The notes below the pieces were generated by a model, which saw only the letters and a list, made by a program, of their open reading frames with translations, did no database searches and was not told the origin of the DNA. Below are positions 1 through 12,503 of a DNA stretch of 62,000 bases, one piece after another. The position numbers were made by a program, and so were the translations under genes. Every line of letters begins with the position of its first letter. Within the stretch, counting starts at the first letter, position 1. The stretch lies in contig NW_019091404.1 of NCBI RefSeq assembly GCF_001949145.1, forward strand, positions 2,976,001-3,038,000, read 5' to 3'. Origin of the DNA: Acanthaster planci (taxonomy: Eukaryota).

Positions 1-387
1 TCCCACTGTCATTCTTGGTGACAAAACTTTAAACATTGGAGTGGGCGGGCCCACAACCTTTCAATATCCACAGCCTGAAAGTTCCTCTGTACCAGAAATC
101 CAGCAAGCGTAGTACCCTGCATCAATGGGTAGTACAAGGCCTTGTTACCGAGCGACGGGGTAAATCGACTGGGAAATTGATCAATCAGAGAGGAATGACA
201 GGCCCTAATAGATGTTAAGGAATTCTTTGTGCATATGCAAAAAGGCGCAGTCGTAGTCTTCATTAAAGCCGCATCTAAAGACCGTCTGACCCCCAATCTC
301 TACGATCCGATTATCCGGGATATCCACAAAGCCAGTTGCCTCTGAGCAAGCCACAAAACAAAGGAGAGCAAAGAGAAAAATAGCCAT
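1..387 (-). pseudogene. Disrupted Ig-superfamily gene (signal peptide + Ig domain), running off the left edge
   Basis: ATG at 387 gives signal peptide MAIFLFALLCFVACSEA, then an Ig strand A/B-like segment (PDNRIVEIGGQTVFRC). The same frame later reads DAGYYACW (Ig D-x-G-x-Y-x-C motif) and GY*KVVGPPTP, but has in-frame stops at 205-207 (TAG), 181-183 (TGA), 145-147 (TAA) and 61-63 (TGA). Confidence 0.7.
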
Positions 388-1912
388 TGTTATTGAAGGA
401 ATCGACCAAAAATGAGGTAGGGCAGGTTCTGAGCTCTTGCGTTTCTGACTAGTTTTTGCCTGCTAAAAATGATAAACACCAACATTTCACACCGAATTAT
501 ATTTACAGTACATCTTAAGTTTCGTATACAGTACATCTTAGGTTTCGTATGCCGGAATTTATTTATAATGCATACAAATCGCCTCTCGATGGAAACAGGA
601 GCTTTCATTATCAGTGAGGCCTATGCACAATGCTGGATTCAAATTTACTGGGGGGGTGTCTCTCATGTACAGGATAAAATTTATAATAAGCGTTTTCTGT
701 TATAAATGATAAATGATCAGAACTCAATCTCTAGAACACTGAAGTCATTTCCTAAACCCTCGCGCTTTGCGAGTTCAGATAAGATTGTGTTGGTGTCTTC
801 AAGAAAGCCTTTTTGAGTTGTGAATTGAGCTGTACTTGAAGTTCAATCAACATCAAATTATTTTGTCGATCTAGCTCGTAAAATGGGGGTTGTTTCCAGA
901 CATTTCGCATGAATTTATACGAATCGCTTTAAAAAGAGAAACACAAAGTGGGTTTTGCTTGTCAAAAGCTAACAAACAAGGCACAGATTTGATAGATTAC
1001 GCCAGCAGAAACACTCCGTCATCGGTTGAAAAGAGCCATGAAGGTGAGAAGTGTTAATTTTGATAGTGATACAACCACAACGCGTGCATTTCTTAGTCGT
1101 TCGTGAACCAGTAAAGTGCATTTCCCAACAAAATGAACAAAGGACCCTTCGTTGCTAGGTAAATTGCTTGGTCCAGCTCGGGGCTGACAGACTGCTCTAG
1201 CCCGCCATTCGTATTGGCAGAATTGTTACCCTTGGTCGATGTCAGCTCTAACTTCTAAATATACATTTCCCCATTGAGTGAAATTTGGTACCGCTGTTTA
1301 TTATTTGATTATTTTTTTTAATTATTTTATTATTATTATTTTATTATCTAGGTGAGATTTTTTCAACGTTTGGTAACGCATTCTGTCGCTTTTGTACAGA
1401 ACGCTATGCCATGGTTCTTAATAGCTACACTATATCTGCGAGCAAAATTATGACCACGACGTGGAAAAAAAGCAGCAAACAAACGAAGATCACCTGCTTC
1501 AACTCATCTTGGGGTTTTCAAGCACAACGCTGCACGACGCGAATCTTCGTTCTTATACACGCATGAACAGAGTAATGTATGATACGTCGACACTGGAGAT
1601 TTCCAACAAATGCAGTTTTAAAAGAAAAGAGTTCACTGTTGAGAGAGCAACTATTACAGCTCAATGGCATTGGTCGTGATTTGTCAGATGAACAAACCCA
1701 CTGCACAAACTTTCCAAATCAAAACCTGTCATGTTTTAATTGCAAAACCAACGTACGCACGAGGAAAGTCCTATACAAGATATCATTCCGAGTTACCATG
1801 GCCCTGTAATTTTGACTCCAGTAGCGAAGCGAAAGAAAAACAAAGCCTTTTGAAATACAGTGAAGGTGTTATGTCACTTCAGTGAATGTGTTCTGAGGGA
1901 TTAGTTGCTAAA

Positions 1913-2740
1913 ATGGCGGCTCCTGCATTCCCTCTTGCTGTAATGTGCATGCTGTTTGTTTTTCACCTTGCACAAGGTAATTACACCGCTGTACCGATGT
2001 TAAATGACAACTGGACGGCAGCGTCTTCGGAAAACGTATCGAAGATCGGAACAAAACACCTGATCGCAATAGATGTGTGTTTGCTGTGGGATAACGAATC
2101 AAAGAACGATGGTGAATTGGAAATCGCAGACGTCGTCCTGGTATGTCGTGCCGTTGCTTCGGATCTTGAAGTTACTTGGTTTGTGGAAACAGACAACGGA
2201 ACATGGGAGGAGGCTGAAAACAGAAGTTGTTTTGAGGCAAACGGTGCAACTTTAAGGTTACCGTGGATTGACGCGAAAGACAGCACATACACCTTGAAAT
2301 GCGGCTCTGCCACACATGAGATTGAATCCCGCATCGTTGATTTCGAGCAAAACTTGCCGATTCCGTGTGAAGAGAACCATCATGAGATCCCAACTCGCAG
2401 CTTTCATCTCGTGGTCTACGTGTGGATTGCCCTGGGGATCTTCATAGTCTGCGTCTGTATCGTTGGTGGGTACTACGCTGTAAAGTGGCGGAAATCCTTT
2501 GAAGTGAATGCACCCTGTGGACAGAACGAGGCGGTAGAGTCGGCTAGAGGAGAGACTAGCGTTGACGATCCTGTGGCTGCATACAGCACTCCTAAGTCTG
2601 CCCTGAACGACGACACTGCTTCAGTTACAGACGCAGTACCAGACGTCGAAGAGGAGCAGAAACATGGTGAGGAAGTACCGCGTGTGAAGAAATTCGTGGG
2701 TGCCGGCTGGACCGACGAGCGACCATACGTCAACGTTTAG
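1913..2740 (+). CDS. Single-exon type I membrane glycoprotein with one divergent Ig-like domain (275 aa; in-frame upstream ATG at 1886)
   Basis: ATG in aaaATGG context; signal peptide MAAPAFPLAVMCMLFVFHLAQG; Ig-like C...W...L..D..Y...C pattern (VVLVC...EVTWF...LRLPWIDAKDSTYTLKC); six N-glycosylation sequons; TM LVVYVWIALGIFIVCVCIVGGYYAV followed by KWRK; acidic tail ending YVNV. Confidence 0.8.
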   Translation: MAAPAFPLAVMCMLFVFHLAQGNYTAVPMLNDNWTAASSENVSKIGTKHLIAIDVCLLWDNESKNDGELEIADVVLVCRAVASDLEVTWFVETDNGTWEEAENRSCFEANGATLRLPWIDAKDSTYTLKCGSATHEIESRIVDFEQNLPIPCEENHHEIPTRSFHLVVYVWIALGIFIVCVCIVGGYYAVKWRKSFEVNAPCGQNEAVESARGETSVDDPVAAYSTPKSALNDDTASVTDAVPDVEEEQKHGEEVPRVKKFVGAGWTDERPYVNV

Positions 2741-3367
2741 CAATAAATCCTACACAGTTCTAAGTCACTATAGTGTACTTCAACTTCATCATTTTTACGG
2801 TACAACCACGACACTAACGTGACAGCTAGGACGTGGGACTGAACTCTTTCTCGAAACCTAGTCCACCTAATAATCGTATCAATTTCGACCCCCATAATAA
2901 GGGCAGATTCAGAGGTGGAGGGCACAGGGAGCTCCCTTTCTATAGGCCAAATGTGATTGTCTTCTATTGTTTTTTTTTTTTCTAGTGAAGGATGAGATTA
3001 AAGTTACTCTCACCGAGTAAATATCCCATGTTGTGTCGAGCAAAGTGCATCCTGCCTTCCCTTTAACTTCAGCGACCAAGGCCGAATGATTTAAGTACAT
3101 TTCCTCTGGATATGTCTCAAAGCACTACATTTCACATGCAACAGGGATTGTCCCTGCACGATCAAGAGTAGGCCTACGGAGTACAGCAAGAGTACAGCAT
3201 GACCTAAATTACACAGAGACCGAAATCGAAACTTATAGGCCTACCATAGCTTCTCCTCAGTGGGCTTAGAAAGCTCGAGCACCGTACAATCTGAAAGCCG
3301 TACCGAAAGCATTGTACCAGCTACGTACATGTACATTATGTAAACTACACATTATGTACAACAGTAT

Positions 3368-3560
3368 CGCCCTGCAATTTCGAAGATCTTCCGGAGTGTG
3401 TATGCAGTTAATTTATGCTGTGAGTCATCTATGTCAAGGTTCAGAAGGCGATAAAAATCAACATGTGGAAAGCTGGCATATGATTTGACCATCAACCTCC
3501 CAGTTCAGAAATGTCTGTGTCAAAACGACCACTTCTGTGCAGATGTCGCATTGCAGGGTG
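3368..3560. mobile_element. Possible old MITE (diverged terminal inverted repeats)
   Basis: Left cgccctgcaat... is the approximate reverse complement of right ...attgcagggtg; no clear TSD. Confidence 0.35.
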
Positions 3561-5200
3561 CTGTAAATGGTTTAATATTTTGTAAAACTGTTCCCAAAAC
3601 ACAATTCAATTTCACATTTACATGTTAATGCATTTGAAATTAACTCCGCATTAACAAGGAAGAACGGGAACCGCATTAACTCTCTTCTAAAGAAACTTGC
3701 ACTTTAGTCAACTGATACATGTACAAATGTACTGTTTAATAGACAACCGTGTTGAAAATTTTAGGCGGTTTTTCCCTTGTTCATACCTTTGAAGATCAGT
3801 CAAAACTATTTCAGTTGCCAGGAACATCAAATGTAAATACTTCTTTTAATATAATTAAAAGGACGGATCAATATACGTGTAACTTTATTTGCACAAACGA
3901 CACTTCAATAAGGACGGAAAACTGTAGAAAATACATGTATCACTAAGTATAAAGAAGAAAACTGAAATGAGATATTAGAGTTAAAGCAAAAAGAAGTCAA
4001 TTTGTAAATGAAAAGTGCATTACCACAAAATGTCAGTTGGATCTTTAAGTAGTCATTTGTTATAACAGACACCCATGACAAAATTAATGTGCTAAGGATA
4101 TATTTTCATGATATGTAACTAACCTCTAGAACTCTGCAATCAGTTATCGCATAATTTAGCAAAAACTCTGAAGTTTTAAATATGTATCTATATTTCTAAA
4201 TAATAAATTTTACTGCGTGTACATGCGTAGGAAACTGCTTTTTAAGACTTAAGATGTCACAAGTAAAAAGGATGCAAATATGAGAGGCGGTGTCAAGGAT
4301 AACCAAAAGTCACATCCAAGGTCCGAATCAAGAAAGTATTCTTTTTGGCACCTAATGAAACATCTGCTCCGGTAGGTGTCATATGACTTGCACAAATTGT
4401 GATGGTCTAGAAAATGGTGACTTTCTCGGTAACGTTCCAGGTATTGCACATGATTGAGGATCATTTTGTGCGACATAATTTTCAAAAGAGAAACACACAT
4501 CACCTGTTCGTTCTGCATAAATTCTAGTACAGCAGAATGAAAACTCTATCATTTTACAAGAATAGTTATTATTATTATGTATAAAATACAATAAATTAGC
4601 AACTTACAGCTGTTTTGTTCACTGTTCTACAACTTTCCTGAGTATTATTTATATGAAAAAAATTTACATACTAAAAAATTCCACCTACATGTACATGTAT
4701 ACAGCAATGTACACGTGTTTCACTTTACAAATTATAATGGAAGAGCAAAGGCCAAATCCAAAATTAAAATGGAAGATTCGTTAAAATTGTATGGGCATGA
4801 TATTTCATTACAATGTATACCGTACATTGTAGCTTCGATGCATGGACTGTTATGTTAATTATCAATGTTTATAAATGTACTGTATACGTGTACAAGTATT
4901 GTAAGGAGTTATTGCAACCTACGTAAATCACCGACAGAAATGATGTAGAATTTTCTATACACCTCGACAACTGTAGTCATTCATGTTTATTGAAGTGTAC
5001 ACCAGCCAAATTTAACAGTTCATGAGACAGGAAAGGGCTTGAAACCTTCCTCATGGACTTCCTCAAAACAAATACATTGTACATGTACACATATTGGTTT
5101 GCCTTCTTGAAAAATGGTAAAAAGGTCTGGGATTGGGTAAATTGTTCAGTTAGGCAGAATACAGTCCATGCACTGCATGTGTAACAATCTGAATGTAATG

Positions 5201-8200
5201 TCAAAGTACGCTCTGCTTCATTCTGACGATAGATGGGTTTTCAACAGGTCTCATTATCTCACCCTGTTTTAATTCTGTTCTCTTGTCACTTTGAATGCTT
5301 CCTTTGACAAGCCTTCTAGGCTGTTGGCTTGGACCAGAAGAGCCACCGGCCATTGGGGATCCAGTAGGGGTTTCTGGCACAAAGAATGGATCCATTCCCT
5401 CCTCTTGAGAATCCAACTGCTGTTTGCTTCCTGCAGCCTGGCCCCTGATAAAGTGATCAAAAGCAGGGTGGGGATCTCTACTAGTCCGCTGGAACATTTG
5501 GAGTTTAAATTCTGGGGTGGTTGTTTCCTTTTGGAAAGTTGTATCGAGTTGCAAATGACTCATTTCAATCTCAACTCTATCTGGTGTTTTGGACCTTTTT
5601 TGCCCGGATTCGGAGACAGGAGTTCTTATTCTTCGAGCTGGGGATGTCTGCTTATAGTGTGGCTCTATGATTTCAGTTTCGGATAAGAAGTGTACCCTAG
5701 CCTCTGATCCAGGACTTGGTGAGCGTGACTTGTTCAAATCTTCAGGTGAAGACAACCGCTGTGGTGGAGATGTAGGTCTTCTTAATTCAGTGTGCAAAAT
5801 TCCATGGGTAATAGATTGCGGGAAGTTCAGGGCACAAACTGCATCTTGGTTGGTCTCTAATGTCCTAGAGGTTGACAAATCTAATCTCTTAGGGATCTGC
5901 TGTGTCTTTGTTGGATCTCTCAGAGATGATTTCTTGGGCGTTGAATGACTGGAGGGAGTCAAACGGCTAAACCGCGTTTCAGAAACAGTCTCTAACTTAG
6001 GTAAATGACTCGGTGCCAATGGTAACTCAGACATCGGGAGGACCGACCTTGAGCTTCTGTCTCCCCCTTTTGATCTTTGTTTTGATGACTTCCCTTCCCC
6101 TGAGGCAGTTTTTTGGCCAAGAGCTGAACTGAAATTGGATGCAGTTAGCTTCACTGGACTTGTTGGTACCTCACTAATCTCTCCATATTCCACATGTCTT
6201 GTGCCACTTGCTTCCTCATGCTCAAAGGCTAGGGAGTCAATACCTTCCTTTTCACTGAATGTTTTCAACAAACGATGCTGTCCATCTTTAGACATCAAGT
6301 TCCTCTTTTCTCTTATCCTGGCCTTTACTGCCTCTTTCTTACCAGCCACACCTGACTTTGAAGGCTCACTGATGTGCAGACTTCCTGTTGGATGATGTAA
6401 AGTTCTACATTTCTCATCCACCTCCTCCAAAGCTGGATCACTGTGAATGGCAGATAAGGGAACTGCCTTCCCTGGTTTTGGAGGTTCTTGGCCACTCTTA
6501 GAGTTTGGTGTCTTTTTGACATTCTCAACGTCAGGAAGCTCTCGCTTGATTCTTGATGAACTTTGCTGATGTCGTCTGTTATATGTGATAGGAGGAACTG
6601 CTAACCTATTGGGGGGAGACATTGGCCTGTTCAGTTTCTTTGGAGGGGAGTCCGCCTCAAGATCCTCAACTTGGAGCACAGGAATGTTTGGAGAGCTTCT
6701 GCTAATTTTGCGCAACGAAGAGTCCACCTTCACCTCTGTCAAGTCTGTCTTTGCTGCTCCTGGTAGGATGGTGTCCATTTCATGGATTTCAACAATATGA
6801 ATCTCAGGATTGCTGTGACTGAGGCGGGATGACCGTGGAGAGTCATCCATGACTGCAATGGCCTGTAAAGCCTCATTCTCCTCCTGTTCGTCTTCTGGTA
6901 TGCTTAAGGAAACTGATGGAATGCTTTCAGCGGAGTGGCAGCGTACAGTCTGTAGGTTGATGTCGCTGCTTGCTCGTTCATTTTCTGTCTCAACCTTCAA
7001 GCTCTGCTTAGAGGTTGCACGCAGGTTGGGGTTACTCACAGTCTTGTTACTGTACATCCCCTCCGAGACAATGATCAAATCGTTTGGATCATAGGAATGG
7101 ATGTTGTCAGGCATGGTATAATTAATACACGGATGCAGGCCGTACCTCTTCTTCCGGAGTTTACGTACAGCTTCCTTCAGTGGCAACTGTAAATTTGCCA
7201 CAGTAAAACTCTTGTTGCTGTACTTCTGCTTGACATTCACATCAATGTGAACAGTCTTACTCTCCACCATCTCCTTAGTAACATTCTTGTACTCAAGGGG
7301 TTTGGTGAACCGGAAAGTGCAAGGTAGGTATATTGCCTTGAAGCTCTCCCTTGCAGTTTTACGTTTGACACTGACAATGCTAGTCTTCATCTTTTCCAAG
7401 TCTTCTATTTTTGCATCCTCTGTCTTTCGTTTGGTGTCACCCTTTTTATCAGGAAGAAGGCGACTTCGGATGCTGACGCGTGTGATGCTTGCGACTTCAG
7501 CTACCATGGAAACAAGGATAAAAATGATGATCAGCAGTGCAGTTTGGTAGAGTGGCACTTTTGCGGATGGAGAAATCCAAGGTGCGCCTTTTACCGAGTG
7601 AGGTGTCTACTATGGGTTAAAGAAGGGTGCAGTTCTAATGCCAGGTGTGGTTCTACTGACAGGCTCATCTCTACAGTGAGATGGGTCAATATGGGGAGCC
7701 TGATTCTACAGACAATACTGTTCCTCCTGCGCATGCACCTCATGCATCTCCACTGATATGGATAGCGACATCAATACAGATGCAGTTCTACATGTACTAA
7801 GCGTGTGTCTACTGACAGGTACATTCTGTAGATTGTGGCTCTACCAACGGGAATGGCTTTACTAAATAAGCTGGCCTGGTTTAATTGAATACTGCAGGAA
7901 TAAAAGGCACGCTTCACCTATGGAGTCTTTGTTACTATAGATCTCTCATTAGACGCTATCTTGTAGGAAAATTGCACCTGTATATATAACACCAACTGGT
8001 GCCTGTGCACACACTTAAAATGGTCTAAACTCACGCGGGAGCTAATCCGTATTACGTTTGAAATAAGGGGCAGCTGTGCACATCATGAAAATTGAAGTAA
8101 AAATGCCCATGCATATGATACTCTGCAGGAAGTGACGTCATTTGAGAGAGACCTATTTAATCCTCTCTCCATAAAATGCATTTCCAAAATCTCTCAAATT

Positions 8201-10402
8201 GTAAGTATGCAAAATGAAAAGTAACAGAAGCAATATTTTGTCATTGGTCATTTCCTGTGACGTGTCCATACATATGACTTGTGACTGACTCAACTACAAG
8301 TCTGTTTCACAGCCATGATTCGTTTGTATGTTTGCTGTGGCTCCTAATCTCAAATATCTTGCAGTTGAACATTCAAGGGGCATCGAACCTCAAGAAAAAT
8401 TAGAGTGATTGGGCTCTACTTTCCTCAATCCTACAAACTCCTTCCAAACCTCCTGAATTATGTACAACGACTGAATAGACTCACCTGGTGGAAGCAGGAT
8501 GTCCTCTAGTTGCCATACACGGATTTTCATGATTGATGTGTGTGAATTGTACTCAAATGACAACTGAAGGAGACCAGTTCCTGAGGATGCCAAAAACAGT
8601 CATCAATGATGTAATATAAGGTTTTAAGTGCAAAAAAGCTACGCATCTTGCCTCATATTGACTGCTGTATACAAAGGACAGGGTTAGGGTTGAGAGAATC
8701 AATGTTACAGCTTCCATGTAGTATGAAGGTTATTAACACAGATCAAAACTAATTTTCTCAAAGCAATGCTGGGACAAGATGTACACAGTTTTTTGAATGA
8801 CAAGCTACCTGCATCTTTGTCTTGCTTGATGTTCATGTCATGGACCTCAATGGTATCCCAAGCAGTTGGTAGGTTGCTTTTGACAGAGGGTGTGGGGGAG
8901 CGATGTTCATTGACATTCTCCGAGACAGAATCCTTGCCTTTTGTCTCAGGCGTCCCATCCCTGATGACCTTGTCCTCGTTCTCACTTTGCCCAAGTTTCT
9001 CCTTGACCGAAGCTCGGATGAAATCTTTTGTCCCTAAGGGAAAATTTCAACTGGTTTTGCTGAGAAAAGTTGCAAAACTTTTTTTGCGTTGTTTTTCCAT
9101 TTTTTAAAAAGGTTTTAGTGTCATTAGATTTTGTGGGTATGCAATAATCAGCTGTAATTCTTCAGCTGTTTGATCTGAAATTCTAGTTGAATTTTTGGTT
9201 CAAGGCATAAGCTTATCCCTTCCAACCTTCTGGATTATGATTTTAAGTTTATTACAAAGACTACCCCTGCTGGTTTCCTAGTTTACCACAACTTCAAATA
9301 ACCACCAAATTTTCTGTGCATGTTTGCCACATACTTTGCTTGTCCAGTAACTCTCGGCATTTGCCAACAGCAACATCAAGTCCCGTCTCTCCATCGCCAT
9401 TGGTAATGTCATAGCTACCTCCCATCTCCAGCAATGCCTCCAGGCATTCCACATGCCCCTCCCGGCAGGCATAGTGAACTGGTGTGGAGCTGTGCAGGTG
9501 ATCTTTGGCATTAGGGTCTCCTAAAAATTTAAAAATACAAAACAAAAAAGTTATTAGTATCTGAGCGCTGTCATGAGAGACAGTGTCAAGAGCAGAAAAA
9601 TGACTAAGGGGCCACTCAAAATTTTCAATGTTTTTTAAATTTCCACTTTTTTCGAAATAGTGGGTGGGTGGGTCAAGGAAATAAACTGAAATTGAAATTC
9701 ACCTCTTATGTCAAAATCCCCCCCAAAATATTTTTCTGACTTGCCTGAAATACATGTAGCCTGCGCGCCGCGCAAACATTCCAAAAAAGGAATCTGTTTC
9801 AACTTCGTTCCCATGTACAGACAGGTTGACTTTGCATGTACATGTACACTGTCTCCACGTACATGCACGTACGTTGGAAACATCGTGAAAGGAGATTTTT
9901 TATTCTTAGACTTGAAATCTAGGCGTTAACAGCGATAATCAATAGGCCACACAAATGTGGCAGGGTACCTGGCATATTAACCTAACGATACACATAGAGA
10001 ACACTGAACACCGGTTGTTAATAACGTGTTGCATTATACATTTTTACAGGTATTTAATTTGTATCAAATGCAGGTACAATGTACTGAGAGAAAAATCATT
10101 TTTTTTTAATCGAAACTGGGGGTGGGTGGGTTAAGAAAATTTGGAAAAAAAGGCGAAATTTAAAAAATATTGATAATTTTGAGTGGCCCCTAAAACGGAT
10201 AGTTCTACAACAATTCTTTACCTTTATACTGGAGCAAGAGACTTAAGATCTCCAAATCACCATTACTAGCAGCTTCATGTAACGGACCCCATTGGTACAG
10301 ACCAATTGCATTGGGATCTAGGTTCTCTTTTAGGGCGCTCTCCACCAGATTGGTGTCACCGTAGCGGACAGCTTCGTGGAGTTTAGTATCTTCAAACTCC
10401 AT
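5201..10402 (-). CDS. Ankyrin-repeat + C2-domain protein with long disordered Ser/Pro/Lys-rich C-terminus (995 aa, 5 coding exons)
   Basis: Exons 10402-10222, 9520-9335, 9033-8809, 8580-8485, 7500-5201; all GT-AG with phase-1 junctions, total 2988 nt, open to the stop. Ankyrin motifs TKLHEAVRYGD, GPLHEAASNGD, TPVHYACREGH, ETGLDVA. C2-like segment GLLQLSFEY...KIRVW...RSRLLPDKKGDTKRKT. Confidence 0.85.
9608..10190. mobile_element. PIF/Harbinger (Tourist-like) MITE in the first coding intron of the ankyrin-C2 gene
   Basis: About 35-bp terminal inverted repeats ggggccactcaaaatt...aattttgagtggcccc, flanked by TAA on both sides (9605-9607, 10191-10193); no coding capacity. Confidence 0.8.
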
Positions 10403-11339
10403 ATTGGAAATGACAGCTTTAGACCCAGTTATCTACATTATGACTTTTGGGAGAAAAAATTGAAAACAATTATTTCTGATGGGTACCGCTGATTTAGCGT
10501 ATGTCCCAAGCTGCAAATATTTTAATGGCTACAATTGTAGAATTGTAAAATAACTTGAACATTGTGCATGTACATTTAAATTATATGCATGACGTTTGAA
10601 TTTCACACAGTACCTGAAACCCTTGACTAGCTTAAGCTTAAAAGCATGTGCATTTTCAATAGTTAAGGTGCCAACAATATAAATTTCTTTGCTTTTACCT
10701 TTTTAACTGTTAACTGAAGCTCAAATTTTAGTGACACCAGATTATGACAGGGTTGATGCACATGTGTACACATTGCCAATGGTGGATAAACATACATGTA
10801 CTAAAATTTTTATTGTTATGATGTTGGAAGGCTACAAAAGTTCCAGATCACCAGCACACCTACCATGACAAGATCAGTACAAATCCCAAATCCTTTTCCA
10901 ACATAAACATCTTAAGCCCCACAGGAAAAAAAACAGCTGATTCAAAGAATATGAAACTGAAAGTTAGGATTTGAAGTGATTTTTACCATGTTTACAGAGC
11001 CAGGCAAATTTGGTATAGAAATTCTATTTTCGTGAATTCGTTCTATATCGAAATATTGTTTATCCTAGAAACACCGTTTAAGAGATCATTTGATGCTCGA
11101 AACTAGACAACTAGATGCTAGAAAACGTCACTACACTACAAGGCGCTGATAGAACACCACTACAAAGTGACCCGGATCTGTCATGAATCGGCACGGCCGA
11201 AGGGAGCAGCCTGCATCACGTACAGTATGTTGTCTGGTTGTTGTAGAGTAAACACTATTTGTTAAGGTTGCCACTATACTGAGTGTCTTTCTTCCAGAAA
11301 TACATCACATTTACAACGAGAATACATTGGTCCTTTTCC

Positions 11340-12500
11340 CTCACCCTCTGAATCCGCATAGTGCCCGATAAAGCACCAGCAATTTGCCGATCTCGAGTCG
11401 TACGTACATGATGTTGCTCTACTCAATTTCTACTCCGCTATGATGGCTGCCATGACGCCAACCTGTCAATCAATCAATTACCGAACTTCCAGATGTCGGT
11501 AACCACTAGTCACGTTCAAAACTGCACGTTATTATGGGTACCAGTGAAAATCTCAAAATCTGCGTTTTGGTAAACTTGACGACAAGTCGTTAGATATTCA
11601 TGTTTTGTCCGTAAACTTCTGTCGACTCCAGTAGCACCATACTTGTTGGCCGAGCTTCGAGTTATCCATCCATAATTTGATTGTCAATCGTCTGCAAGTT
11701 GAAGGATGGAAATGTTTGACTACTGAAGATCAAAGCGATAATGTGTGTAAAGAACAAAAACAAACCAAAATCCGACTTGGCACAAAGTCTAGCTTTGTGC
11801 GAGAGCGAGAACACATGTGGGGCGGGGTGACGGCCAGGAAATCGACGGGGCGGGCTTTTTTAGGACTGGTTGTTGAGCGACTGTGGCTGACATTGTAAAT
11901 TCCTCGATGTGATAATTACGATAGCCTTTTTACAGGTTACCAAGAAGTCCAGGGAACGGCCCTTACACGGTCCGTGCAATGTAGAACCCAGGCTTTTATC
12001 TTTGCGGTGCGGCGCCCACGGTGAACCATGGAGCCGGGTTCACCCCCACCTCAAAATAAGTGGACCCCGCCCCCATTTGATCCTAATTCCAGTAATAGAT
12101 TTTGTACCCACAGTTTTTTAAACGAATAAAGTGTCAACTGTCCACTAATATCTTATTTGTATACGAAACTTGTACGCAGTGAAACGTGACTTGACAAAGG
12201 AAAGAAAACTAAAGCCAAGATTTCCGGTGCCCTTTAATTCAGGACTCCAAAAATTAAAGGGGCTCACACTTTGTCTCGTTTCCGCCTCATGTATTTGTGT
12301 AGGTTTCAATACAGGTCACTCTCAACCAGACTAAATGCATTTGGTCGGAAGAAAGAATCATGGGATAGAAATGGCGACTGCATCCCTGGAAGCGACTTTT
12401 GACCAGTAAATGTAATGGGAGAATTCAGCCCTGTTTTAAACTGAAATTTAACTGTTTTGGCGTTAGCAGATCACTGAGAGCCCACTTAATCTCGGCCGCA
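11340..12500. promoter_or_regulatory. Probable divergent promoter/5'UTR region between the ankyrin-C2 gene (-) and CTDNEP1 (+)
   Basis: Head-to-head gene arrangement; locally CpG-richer; GC-box-like ggggcgggg near 11819 and ccccgcccc near 12065; X-box-like GTAACCACTAGTCAC at 11499-11513. Transcription start sites cannot be determined. Confidence 0.45.
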
Positions 12501-12503
12501 CCA

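Noticed and set aside
61..207. Stop-codon read-through or selenocysteine recoding of the Ig ORF
   Set aside because: The stops are of all three types (TAG, TGA, TAA) and a frameshifted segment is likely; decay is the simpler explanation.
7501..7558. Apparent signal peptide MPLYQTALLIIIFILVSMV at the start of the 785-aa ORF
   Set aside because: It is the translated intron end upstream of the acceptor at 7501-7502; the exon joins in phase to the C2 exon at 8485.
8678..8693. Telomeric TTAGGG-like repeat
   Set aside because: Only about two units; too short to call an interstitial telomere.
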